A stretch of DNA of 64,000 nt from the NCBI GenBank assembly GCA_051294375.1, contig CM119268.1, positions 5,833,525 to 5,897,524 of the forward strand, read 5' to 3'. The first letter of the stretch is position 1. Every line of letters begins with the position of its first letter. This document shows positions 44,300 to 57,181 of this stretch, one piece after another. A program made the position numbers and the translations under genes. The notes under the pieces were generated by a model. That model was given only the letters and a program-made list of their open reading frames with translations. It was not told the origin of the DNA and searched no databases. Source of the DNA: Paraspadella gotoi. Lineage: Eukaryota > Animalia > Chaetognatha.

Positions 44300-44530
44300 C
44301 CCATTGGTCGAACCTACCATCATTCCTCGATTTGATTGGTCGAAAAGCTCTATCTGTTTTTGATTGTTTTAAGCTCCAATTGGTTAGTTTTTCACGGGAC
44401 GGAAACCTGATTGGTCGAGAGAATTTGTTACCATTAATGACACATTCCTATTAAAACGATCTGATTGGTGGAAATTAAGAATCATCGACCTTTGATTGGT
44501 CGGACGAAAGTAAACGACGTTTCATTGGAC
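44300..44530. promoter_or_regulatory. Cluster of seven same-orientation CCAAT boxes upstream of the orphan gene
   Basis: ATTGG at 44303, 44335, 44379, 44410, 44464, 44495 and 44524, mostly in TGATTGGT context. Confidence 0.7.
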
Positions 44531-44641
44531 GAAGCGGTTTTTTTTTTCTCTTTACTTGTAAAGGTAATTTCCTTCTCAAGGTCACAGGGAGGAAAAACGA
44601 GTGAGAGAAAATGTGAAGGAAGAGTGTAAGAGGGAAAAAAT

Positions 44642-44728
<87 letters not shown>

Positions 44729-45259
44729 TTTCAAAGCAGGAAAGTTACTCGAAAAGATTTCGTTCTGTCTTCTTTTTATAGGGATTTTTAAAAAAATGAA
44801 CGAAGAACATGTGATCAGGAATGACATGGGTTTGCTTTATCGGAAATGAGAGAATACTATGTCATTATTGACAATGTCCTAATCAATGACAGAAATCGTG
44901 ATCATTAGAAACTACACGAGTATAAGCCAATGAATTATGACATTTGACATATGTCTTAATTGTGACATATTGTGACATATGCCTTGGCTAACAGAAATGG
45001 GTGAAGGCCGTCATCACAAATGACAGAAGCCTATGTTATTAGAAATGAAAGAAGCTTATGACAAAAGACTGCTTCATCAAAACTGACACAAGTCTGAGAG
45101 AAGTCCAGGTCACCAGAAATGACAGTAGACTGAATCGTTAGAAATAATCTTATCAATCTCATATTGATAAAAAAATTGGAGCTTAGTCGTGAAATGGATC
45201 GTTTAAATTACTTTTTTATTGATTTAACAAATTGTAGATCTGTCGTGAAATTGAATCAG

Positions 45260-45372
45260 AATTAAAGTAAATTAAATTAAAGTAAATTAAATTAAAGTTA
45301 ATTAAATTAAAGTAAATTAAATTAAAGTAAATTAAATTAAAGTAAATTAAATTAAAGTAAATTAAATTAAAG
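45260..45372. repeat. 15-bp tandem repeat (AAAGTAAATTAAATT)n
   Basis: About 7 near-perfect units, seen directly. Confidence 0.9.
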
Positions 45373-45429
45373 CAAAATGGCGATTTTCTCTTTCTCCCTC
45401 AATCCCTCTATTTTCATCACCTCCCGCTT

Positions 45430-45440
45430 CTACCTCTCTC

Positions 45441-45496
<56 letters not shown>

Positions 45497-48179
45497 ACTC
45501 TCACTCTCTCTCTCTCTGTGTCCCACTTTCCCTCTCTTCTCATCAATCGCAGAAAGAAAAACATTTACATCTCATAATCAATAGGAGGTTAAAGAAAATA
45601 GACCACCGCAGTGCAATTCTGATAAAAAAAAAAAAGGAAGATGACATCCGTGATGACAGTTATGACAGACGATGCTGACAAATAAAACAGTGAAAAATGT
45701 TTTCACAGTTTGCATGGAATAGGTCTGGTTTATATCAACAAATTATCGCATGTTGATAATAACAACTACTTCATTAATAGCAAAGATATAAGTATTTATG
45801 GAGTTGATAAAATAAACTAATAATAATAGTAATAGAAAATCTTGATTAATAGTTTGCCGGGTCCTGAGACTCAATCATCTTACAACTTACAAGTTGAGTA
45901 GAGAAAGGCAAGTAACACGAAAAAAATTTTTATTTACTAAATAATACTTTATCTATTCAATAGACTATTGGCTAACAATAATTAAGTCGTCAAAAATGTA
46001 AAGACCGGAGCAAATAACATAGCCATAACAATAACTACGACAACGACCAATATGAAGCGAACGGGAATATAAACATTGTTTAAACAACGGTTATTGCGAA
46101 TGTCAACAAAGGGAGACTCCGGCCTCAACCACCGTTCGGAGTAAACATTATTTTTTTGGGCACTATTTTCCAAGAGCGACTTATTTCTGTTCCTTAATTA
46201 GCTTTACATTTAAGTATAATATTTTTCTAAATGCTTAATCCAATCTCTAAGCTTTATCCTTAACCGTGACCTAATCCTTAAAACTAATTTCAAATTCTAA
46301 TCTTTAAATACAAACTTTTATTTCACCCCTTAAACTTATGCCCTAAATCCTAATCCACATCCATTCTAACCGAATCCTTAACCCTAACCCCTAACTTATT
46401 CCTTAACCTAAACCCTATCCTTAAACCCTAACCAAATTTTTAAACCTAAAAATTATTTTAATTTTGAATTTAAGCTGAAATGGGAAACTTTCGGAAAAAA
46501 ATGGCCTTTTTTGGTGGAAAACTCGATCGCCAAACAAGAAGATTCTCCACTTTACGCGTTTGTTCAAATGAGCAGGAGATAAAAGAGTTTCGCTTCTCTG
46601 CCCGTGACGGTGTATCAACATCGGTGTATCACATCGGTGAAGCACTTCGAACAAGTAGTTATGTATTTAATTTTCTGTTTTTAGATACGTCAATCGGTAC
46701 GTCTATCTCGTACAAATCATCGGGCAATATTTAATAAAAAGTTAAAGAAATCGAACTAGATCAATTAATAAGCAGTAATGTTTATAATATAATAATATAA
46801 TAATTAATCTGTCCGTCAGTTAGTCAATCAGTCAATTAGACACTTAATCAATAAGTCACTTAATCAATCAGTCAACCAATCAGTCAGTCAGTTCGTCAAT
46901 CAGTCGGTCAGACAGTCAAAACAATTTTTTATTCAGTTTCAGCAATAACTTTCCGATGGTTCGAAGTTCAGACGAGTTAAAGAGTTAAGACTTTTCATTA
47001 TTGAGTATAAAGTTTAGAAATAAAAAAAAAATGAAGACGGAATGCGAAAGACGAAATGGAAATCAGTCAAAGTCAAACTATTTGCTTAATACGATTTGAA
47101 CGATGAATCTTGGTTGATTTTCCTGATTTGCATCAATTCAGGTTTTCTTAAATCGATAAAAGAAACAAGAACGTTACTTGGCGTTCAATTAGGCTTTGAA
47201 ATCTCTCTTTCTTTCTTTCTTTCTCTCTTTCTTTCTTTCTTTTTTCGATATGGACTTTTTGTATAATAAATCCTCGCTCAGGTAACAAATCTGTTCATGA
47301 CCGATTTTTTTTTTTTTTTATTAAACATTATCATCTGTTTTAATGAAAGATTCAGCAACTAATTCCGTTAGACTAAGCTCTATACCGCCCTCGTTATACG
47401 AGCTGTTATGCTCGGTTATGTCCTCGATGTTCTGCGCAGTGAGAAGGCAGTTTCTTCGGGTCTATTTATTTTATGACTTTAGTCTCCGTTAGTGAGAGCG
47501 ATATAAAAGAAAAAAAAGCTCAAACCCTAGCGTGATGATAAAAAAAAATTCAAACTCTCTTTACCTCACCTTTGGTGATAAAGAAAATCAATTTTCCTTT
47601 TGTGTCATTTAATATTGTTGATGTACTTGAGCATGAAACAGATTCGGGCTCTCTATTCCAAAAGTCCCCTTTTTCTGTACCTTAATACTTGAACTTTAAA
47701 CCCAAATAGCTAACCCTAATCGAGGCCTGAACCCATAAACTAACATTAATCTCTCACCTTATTCCCTGTTCTCTACCCCGAACCGCAGATTTAAACGGGG
47801 GGCAATTTACTGAGGCCCATGAGGTGAAAGTTCGCTAATGTTGTAAATACATTTTTTTACGATTAATTTTTAAGAGTTCCCTTCAGTTGCAACTGAGTTA
47901 CGAACTACATATAGAAAGTATTAAAAACGTGAACGAAGTTCATGGAACTGGAACTAGAACGAGTGAACAATAAAAATAGTATGACACATTTAATAAAATC
48001 ACGTTTGTGATAAAGGTGAAGACTCGTGTAACAAAAGTTTCTCCTTAAATTTGTGAAGGTTTTTTTTCTTTTTAAAGACGCAAGTGAAAAAAAAAGGGGG
48101 AATTTATTAGGAACTACTTTTCCTTTCATCGAAAAAGGCGAAGTTCCATTTTACTTTCCCAAACGGCGGTTTAAATTTT

Positions 48180-48211
<32 letters not shown>

Positions 48212-49006
48212 AATCTTTTCTTCTTTTTCTTTCTTCTTTCTCTTCGATACTCTCTCTCATTTTTTCCCTTTCTATCTCCAACAAATTACCTTTCTACCTT
48301 CCTCTCTTTCCTCCTTCTCCGTCTCCCTCCTCCTCTTTCTCTCCTCTCTCGTTCCGTCAGTCCTCGACGCACTCTCGGTCCACTCGTCGTCTCTCCTCGT
48401 CTCCCCTCGTCTCTCTCATCTCTCCTCCTCTCTCTCCTCTTTCTCTCTCTCCCTCTCTCTCTCTCTCAATTATTCTGACTTTTCATCCAAATTTTTTCTC
48501 TTCATCTCAATTTTTGGGTTCGACTCTTGAGAGAGACTGACTGACCTGTCATCCAACTTCATCCAACTTTTGATCAAATTTCTTGTCACTCGTGACGAAT
48601 CAAGATTTTCAATTTCTCTCCTCTTTTTTTCTTTCTTTTTCTCGACTTGATCGTTGTTATTGCTTTATTATTAATAATATGATTATTATTATTGTTATTA
48701 TTATTATTATTATTTTTATTATTTTAATTATTATTGTTATGTTTTTTTTATTACTATTATTAATTCATTTCAAATGATATCGGAAATGCTTAAAATTTGT
48801 AACGTGACGTAAACTCACTTTATGACAAGAAAAACTGTATTTGATGAGCCCTTTAGTCATGATAATAATAATCCATCAGTCTATCCAACTAACCATCTAT
48901 CCCTCTTTCCACCCATCTCTCATCTATCGAGCCAGACATCAATCGCTTTTGAGATCAGCTACATCACAATCTCAAAGACAACTCCACCCCTCGGCATCCT
49001 TATTCA

Positions 49007-49049
<43 letters not shown>

Positions 49050-49063
49050 GTCCTGTCTGTCTC

Positions 49064-49150
<87 letters not shown>

Positions 49151-50724
49151 CTTGCCGCAACACTTGAATGTCTTCGGTTCATAGGCGCCTTTAGTGGATC
49201 AAAGCCTTTCAGCGGAAAGCTTTTCAGCTCTCTCTCCTCTCTCTCTCTCTTCTCTCTCCTCTCTCTCTCCCTCTTCTTCTCTCTCTCTTCCTTCTCCTCT
49301 CTCTCTCTCTCTCCTTCCCCCTTTCGTTCTTTCAGCGTCATTGGCAATCGCTTTTCCTCCTCCTAGGCCGTCTCTTCTTCCTCCTCCTCCTCTTCCTCCT
49401 CCTCTCTCCAGCCTTCGTTTCGTTTCCTCCTTATTTTTCCTTTCCTCCTTATTTTTCCTTTCCTCCTTTTTCCTCTCCTCCTTTTTTCGTCTTCTTTTTA
49501 TTATTTCTTTTTTTTCCTTTTTTCTTTCCTCATTTTTTCCTTTCCTCCTTTTTTTCGTCTTCTTATTATTTATTTTTTTTCCTTTTTCCTTTCCTCCTTT
49601 TTTTTCCTCCTTTTTTCGTCTTCTTTTTATTATTTCTTTTTTTCTTTTTTTTCTTTCCTTCTTTTTTCTTTCTTCTTTGTTTCCTCCTTTTTTCTCTCCT
49701 CCTTCTTTTCCTTTTCTCATTTTCTTCTTTTTTCTTTTTTCTTTTCCCTTTGTTTTCTTTTCTCCTTTTTTCCTTTCCCCTTTTTTGCCTTTTTTTCATT
49801 CCTTAGTTATTTCTTCTTTTCCTCCTTTTTTTTTGCTCTTGTTTTTTCTTTCGTCTTCGTCCTCTTCTTTTTTCTTTTCTCCGGATCAAGATAATCCTCT
49901 TATCATTTCTTCTCTTTTTAATGTTATCATTTCTTATATATTTCATTTTATCATTTCTTCTCTTTTTCATCTTATCATTTTTTTTTCATTTTATCATTTC
50001 TTCTCTTTTTCATTTTATCATACCTCCTCTTCTTAATTTTATCATTTCATCATTTCTTTTCTTTTTAATGTTATTATTCCTTTTTGCATTACATTTTAAC
50101 ATTCCTCTTTTCCCATCTCATCATTTCTTCACTTTTACATTTTATAATTTCTTCTCTTTTTTATTTTATCATTTATTTTAATTCGCATTTACTTTTAGCT
50201 TTATTGAAACTCTTTCTGTTCTTTTCTTCCTTCTTATCACATCTTCTCTTCCTCCTTTTGCTCCTCCCCCTTTTCGACTCTTCTTTCCTTTCCTTCCTTC
50301 CTCCTCCTCCTCCTCCTCCTCTTCCTCCTCCTTCTAGATCCCCGAGCGTGTCTGCTCATATCAACAGGCGATGGGAAGAAAAAGAAAAGAGAAAAAAAAA
50401 CCAGATTCAAAGAAAAAGAAAAACAAAAGACAAATAAAAGTGAAAGAAAAAAATACGGAAAAACAAAAGAAATTCGGATGAAAAAATATGAGGCCAGACA
50501 AAGCAGAATGAAAAAGTAAACAAAACAAAGTAAAATAGTAAACGAATCAAAATGAAAACAAAAAACTAAGAAACGAAAAAAGGCAATACATTTTGTGGCT
50601 CAACGCTGAACGTCAAGAAAAATTTGAAAACAAAAAAATAGAGAAAAGCAAAAAACATTCGGTCGGAATAAACACAAAACGAAGCGGATAGCATACGGAT
50701 ATTGTCTCGTATATATTGTAATTC

Positions 50725-50802
<78 letters not shown>

Positions 50803-52244
50803 AGAGAAGAGAGAGAGAGAAGAGAAGAGAGAGATCCGAATTACAATATATACGAGACAATATCCGTATGTGTATCCGCTTCGTTTGGTTTTATTCCAAC
50901 GAATGTTTTTTTGCTTTTCTCTATTTTTTTTGTTTTCAAAATTTTTCTTCGTTCAGCGTTGAGCCACAAAATGTATTGCCTTTTTCGTTTCTTAGTTTTT
51001 TGTTTTCATTTTGATTTCGTTTACTATTTTATTTTGTTTTGTTTACTTTTTCATTCTGCTTTGTCTGGCCTCCTCATTATTATTTTTATCCGATTTCTTT
51101 TGTTTTTTTTCCGTATTTTTTTCTTTTACTTTTATTTGTCTTTTGTTTTTCTTTTTCTTTGAATCTGTTTTTTTTTTCTTTTTCTTTTTCTTCCCATCGC
51201 CTGTTGATATGAGCAGACACGGCTCGGGGATCTAGAAGGAGGAGGAAGAGGAGGAGAGGAGGAGGAGGAAGGAAGGAAAGGAAAGAAGAGTCGAAAAGGG
51301 AGGAGCAAAAGGAGGAAGAGAAGATGTGATAAGAAGGAAGAAAAGAAACGAAAGAGTTTCAATAAAGCTAAAAGTAAATGCGAATTAAAATAATGATAAA
51401 ATAAAAAAGAAAGAAATTTATAAAATGTAAAGTGAAGAAATAAAGAGATGGGAAAAGAGAATGTTAAAATGTAATGCAAAAAGATAATAACATAAAAAGA
51501 AAAGAAATGTGAAATGATAAAATGAAGAAGAGATATATAATGAAAAGAGAAATGATATGAATAAAAAAAATGAAAAAAAAATGATGAAAAGATGATAGAG
51601 AAGAGAAGAAATGATAAAATGAAATATAAAAGAATTGATAACATTAAAAAGAGAAGAAATGATAAGAGGATTATCTTGATCCGGAGAAAAGAAAAAAGAA
51701 GAGGACGAAGACGATAGAAAAAACAAGAGCAAAAAAAAGGAGGAAAAGAAGAAATAACTAAGAATGAAAAAAAGGCAAAAAAGGGAAAGGAAAAAAAGGA
51801 GAAAAGAAAACAAAGGGAAAAGAAAGAAAAAGAAAGAAAATGAGAAAAGGAAAAGAAGGAGAGAGAGAAAAAAGGAGGAACACAAAGGAAGAAGAAAAAA
51901 GAAGGAAAGAAAAAAGAAAAAAAAGAAATAATAAAAAGAGACGAAAAAAAGGAGGAAAAAAAAGGAGAAAGGAAAAGGAAAAAAAAAGAAATAATAAGAA
52001 GACGAAAAAAAGGAGGAAAGGAAAAAAATGAGGAAAGAAAAAGGAAAAAAAAAAAAGAATATAATAAGAAGACGAAAAAAGGAGGAGAGGAAAAAGGAGG
52101 AAGGAAAATAAGGAGAAAAAGGAAAAAAAATAAGGAGGAAACGAAACGAAGGCTGAGAGAGAGGAGGAGGAAGAGGAGGAGGAGGAAGAAGAGACGGCCT
52201 AGGAGGAGAAAAGCGATTGCCAATGACGCTGAAAGAACGAAAGG

Positions 52245-52316
<72 letters not shown>

Positions 52317-52435
52317 TGAAAAAGCTTTCCGCTGAAAGGCTTTGATCCACTAAAGGCGCCTATGAACCGAAGACATTCAAGTGTTGCGGCAAGAGAGAGA
52401 GGAGAGAGGAGAGAGAGAGAGAGAGAGAAGAAGAA

Positions 52436-52488
<53 letters not shown>

Positions 52489-52496
52489 CGAGAAAA

Positions 52497-52560
<64 letters not shown>

Positions 52561-53109
52561 GTTTGTTAAGGATGCCGAGGGGTGGAGTTGTCTTTGAGAT
52601 TGTGAGTAGCTGATCTCAAAAGGCGATTGATGTCTGGCTCGATAGATGAGAGATGGGTGGAAAGAGGGATAGATGGTTAGTTGGATAGACTATGGATTAT
52701 TATTATCATGCTAAAGGGCTCATCAAATACAGTTTTTCTTGTCATAAAGTGAGTTACGTCACGTACAAATTTTAAGCATTTCCGATATCATTGAAATGAA
52801 ATTATAATAAATTATAATAAAAATATAAATAAAAACATAATTAAAAAATAATAATAAATAATAAATAAAAAAATAATAATAATCATATTATTAATAATAA
52901 AGCAATAACAACGATCAAGTCGAGAAAAAGAAAGAAAAAAAGAGGAGAGAAATTGAAAATCTTGATTCGTCACGATGACAAGAAATTTGATCAAAAGTTG
53001 GATGAAGTTGGATGACAGGTCAGTCAGTCTCTTCAAGAGTCGAACCCAAAAATTGGAGTGAAGAAAAAAATTTGGATGAAAAGTCCAGAATTAATTAGAG
53101 AGAGAGAGA

Positions 53110-53161
<52 letters not shown>

Positions 53162-53281
53162 AGAGAGAGAGAGAGAGAGGAAGAGAGAAGGAGAGAGAGA
53201 GAGAGACGGAGAAAGAGAGAAGGATAGAAAGGTAATTTGTGAGATAGAAAGGGAAAAAAATGAGAGAGAGTATCAAGAAAG

Positions 53282-53312
<31 letters not shown>

Positions 53313-55924
53313 AAAGAAAGAAAGAAAGAAAGAAAGAAAGAAAAGAAAGAAAGAAGAAAGAAGAAGAAAGAAAGAAAAAAGAAAGAAAATTTAAACCGCC
53401 GTTTGGAAAGTAAAATGGAACTTCGCCTTTTTCGATGAAAGAAAAGTAGTTCCTAATAATTCCCTTTTTTTTCACTTGCGTCTTTAAAAAGAAAAAACCC
53501 CACAAATTTAAGGAGAAACTTTGTTACACGAGTTCTTCACCTTTATCACAAAACGTGATTTTATTAAATGTGTCATACTATTTTTATTGTTCACTCGTTC
53601 TAGTTCCAGTTCCATGAACCTTCGTTCACGTTTTTTAATACTTTCTATATGTAGTTCGTAAACTCAGTTGCAACTGAAGGGAACTCTTAAAAATTAATCG
53701 TAAAAAAAATTTATTACAACTTAGCGACATTCACACTCTCATGGGCCTCAGTAAATTGCCCCCCGTTTAAATCTGGGTTCGGGGTAGAGAACAGGGAATA
53801 AGGTGAGAGATTAATGTTAGTTTGTATGGGTTCGGCCTGATTAGGGTTAGCTATTTGGGTTTAAAGTTCAAGTATTAAGGTACAGAAAAAGGGGACTTTT
53901 GGAATAGAGGCCCGAATCTGTTTTCATGCTCTCAAGTACATCAACAATATTAAATGACACAAAAGGAAAATTGATTTTATTTATCACCAAAGTGAGGTAA
54001 AGAGAGTTTGAATTTTTTTTTATCATCACGCTAGGGTTTGAGCTTTTTTTTCTTTTATATCGCTCTCACTAACGGAGACTAAAGTCATAAAATAAATAGA
54101 CCCGAAGAAACTGCCTTCTCACTGCGAGAACATCGAGGACATAACCGAGCATAACAGCTCGTATAACGAGGGCGGTATAGAGCTCTTAGTCTAACGGAAT
54201 TAGTTGCTGAATCTTTCATTAAAACAGATGATAATGTTTAATAAAAAAAAAAATCGGGTCATGAAAGATTTGTTACCTGAGCGAGATTTATTATACAAAA
54301 AGTCCATATCGAAAAAAGAAAGAAAGAAAGAGAGAAAGAAAGAAAGAAAGAAAGAGAGATTTCAAAGCCTAATTGAACGCCAGTAACGTTCTTGTTTCTT
54401 TTATCGATTTTAAAAAAACCTGAATTGATGCAAATCAGGAAATCAACCAAGATTCATCGTTAAATCGTATTAAGCAAATAGTTTGACTCTGACTGATTTC
54501 CATTTGTCTTTCGCATTTCCGTCTTCATTTTTTCTAAACTTTATACTCAATAATAAAAAGTCTTAACTCTTTACAATCGTCTGAACTTCGAACCATCCGA
54601 AAGTTAGCTTAATTGAATTACTGATTGACTGAACTGACGGACAGATTAATTATTATATATTATATTATAAACATACTGCTTATTAATTGATCTAGTTGAT
54701 TTCTTTAACTTTTTATTAAATATTGTGCCGATGATTTGTACGAGATAGAGTACCGATTGACGTATCTAAAAACAGAAATTAAATACATAACTACTTGTTC
54801 GAAGTGCTTCACCGATGTGATACACCGATGTTGATACACCGTCACGGGCAGAGAAGCGAAAACTCTTTTATCTCCTGCTCATTTGAACAAACGCGTAAAG
54901 TGGAGATCTTCTTGTTTGGCGATCGAGTTTTCCACCAAAAAAGGCCATTTTTTTCCGAAAGTTTCCCATTTCAAGCTTAAATTCAAAATAAAATAATTTT
55001 TAGGTTTAAAAATTTGGTTAGGGTTTAAGGATAGGGTTAGGTTAAGGAATAAGTTAGGGGTTAGGGTTAAGATTCGGTTAGAATGGATGTGGATTAGGAT
55101 TTAGGGCATAAGTTTTAAGGGGTGAAATAAAAGTTTGTATTTAAAGATTAAAATTTGAAATTAGTTTTAAGGATTAGGTCACGTTAAGGATAAAGCTTAG
55201 AGATTGGATTAAGCATTTAAAAAATATTATACTTAAATGTAAAGCTAATTAAGGAACAGAAAATAAGTCGCTCTTGGAAAATAGTGCCCAAAAAAATAAT
55301 GTTTACTCCGAACGGTGGTTGAGGCCGGAGTCTCCTTTTGTTGACATACGCAATAACCGTTTGTTTAAACAATGTTTATATTCCCGTTCGCTTCATATTG
55401 GTCGTTGTCGTAGTTATTGTTATGGCTATTTTATTTGCTCCGGTCTTTACATTTTTGACGACTTAATTATTCTTTAGCCAATAGTCTATTAAATAGATAA
55501 AGTATTATTAGTAAATAAATTTTTTTTCGTGTTACTTGCCTTTCTCTACTCAACTTGTAAGTTGTAGATGATTGAGTCTCAGGACCGGCAAACTATTAAT
55601 CAGATTTTCTATTACTATTATTATTAGTTTATTTTATCAACTCCATAAATACTTATATTCTTTGCTATTAAATGAAGTAGTTGTTATATCAACATGCTAT
55701 AATTTGTTGATTATAAACCAGACCTATTCCATGCAAACTGTGAAAACATTTTTCACTGTTTATTTGTCAGCATCGTCTGTCATAACTGGTCATCACGGAT
55801 GTCATCTTCCTTTTTTTTTTTTATCAGAATTGCACTGCGGTGGTCTATTTTCTTTAACCTCCTATTGATTATGAGATGTAAATGTTTTTCTTCTGCTTGA
55901 TGAGAAGAGAGGGAAAGTGGACAC

Positions 55925-56010
<86 letters not shown>
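45430..56010. repeat. ~5.3-kb-arm inverted duplication (palindrome) centred at 50758/50759
   Basis: Sequence on either side of (CT)n-CG-(AG)n mirrors continuously, for example 50340-50370 vs 51195-51230 and 46500-46655 vs 54793-54950. Confidence 0.95.
46172..46490 (-). mobile_element. TTAGGG-like MITE copy (mirror at 54958-55275)
   Basis: AAGAGCGACTTATTTCTGTTCCTTAA ... (CCTAA/CCCTAA)n ... TTAAGCTGAAATGGGAAACTT. Confidence 0.65.
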
Positions 56011-56012
<2 letters not shown>

Positions 56013-56689
56013 GCGCTTCTTAACGCGGCGACCTAGATAATCCGAGATTATCGCCAAATAAAACAAATCTAAGTTTCATCTCTATTCTTCTAGAGTGCCC
56101 TAATTTGTGCCCTAATAATTATTGATTCAATTCCGTGTTCAACTGGCTCTCAAATAAGTCGAAGTCCTGCTATCGAGTGCGACTCACTGCTACGATAGCA
56201 GACTCTTACAGACCTCTGCTTGGCTAAGTCTATAATTAGCATGTATAACACATCTTCATAAAGCATCCACGCGGTCTGACTATAACCTTATATATTATGT
56301 GAGAGAACCATGTGAATAAAAGCAGAAATATGTAACCACATGTTTTGACGCATATACTCACATTTCCATCCTCTAGGTAAAATATTCTAGATGTGATAGT
56401 GGGTCGAATCGTCCGCTATGTTGTGAGATCGGTCTCGCTACGAGAACCGCGTGTGGTGAGGTGTGCATGTGTAGTGTGTCAAGTTAAAACCCTCTGGGTT
56501 GCACTGACGAATGTGGTGCATCTCGACTGACAGGCTAATACTAGCGAGCGCAAGCAATGCTAATTAGACAAATAAACCTTAAACTTAAAGTAACATAATA
56601 TAACACTACAGCTACAATTAAATATCAAATCCAATGTATAACTAAACCTGGGTCATTTGGGTNNNNNNNNNNNNNNNNNNNNNNNNNTT

Positions 56690-56720
56690 TTTTTCTTTTT
56701 GTTCCTTTCCTCTCTCTTTT

Positions 56721-56765
<45 letters not shown>

Positions 56766-57025
56766 TTTCTTTCTTTTCTTCTTTATCTTTCTTTTCTTTC
56801 TTTCATAATTCTGTCTTCTTCTTTTCCTTTTTCTTTCTTTTTCTTCTTTCTTTCTTTTCTTTCTTTCTTTCTTTCTGGTCCCTCCTTCTATCTCTTTTTC
56901 TCTCCTTTTCGTTCCGGTCAGCGATTTTCAACTTTCGAATTGAGACGCGAAGAAAATTGAATAAAGTGACTCAATAATTCTGAATTCGTGATCTCGTCGT
57001 CGTCTCCGTCGTCCAGTTCGTCGGT

Positions 57026-57067
<42 letters not shown>

Positions 57068-57135
57068 GTCGTCCACCGAAGGAAAGAAAAAAATTTTAAT
57101 GGAGAGAGGGGAAAGTGGAATAAAAAGAGAGAGAA

Positions 57136-57181
<46 letters not shown>

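Noticed and set aside
44820-45150. TGACA-rich region as a TALE-homeodomain site cluster
   Set aside because: It is better explained as a decayed ~24-bp minisatellite (TCATTAGAAATGACAGAAGCC-like).
45600-47460. Exon-like islands (46000-46140, 46530-46655, 47355-47460)
   Set aside because: They may belong to a gene, but no consistent frame, strand or recognisable domain could be established.
48822-53505. Long Phe/Ser/Leu-rich and Lys/Glu/Arg-rich ORFs
   Set aside because: They are translations of polypyrimidine/polypurine tracts, and the frames are not conserved between the two palindrome arms.
56010-56662. Compositionally distinct, random-looking segment, possibly foreign DNA
   Set aside because: It has no long ORF or motif and lies between a palindrome end and a gap. 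It is probably low-quality read sequence.
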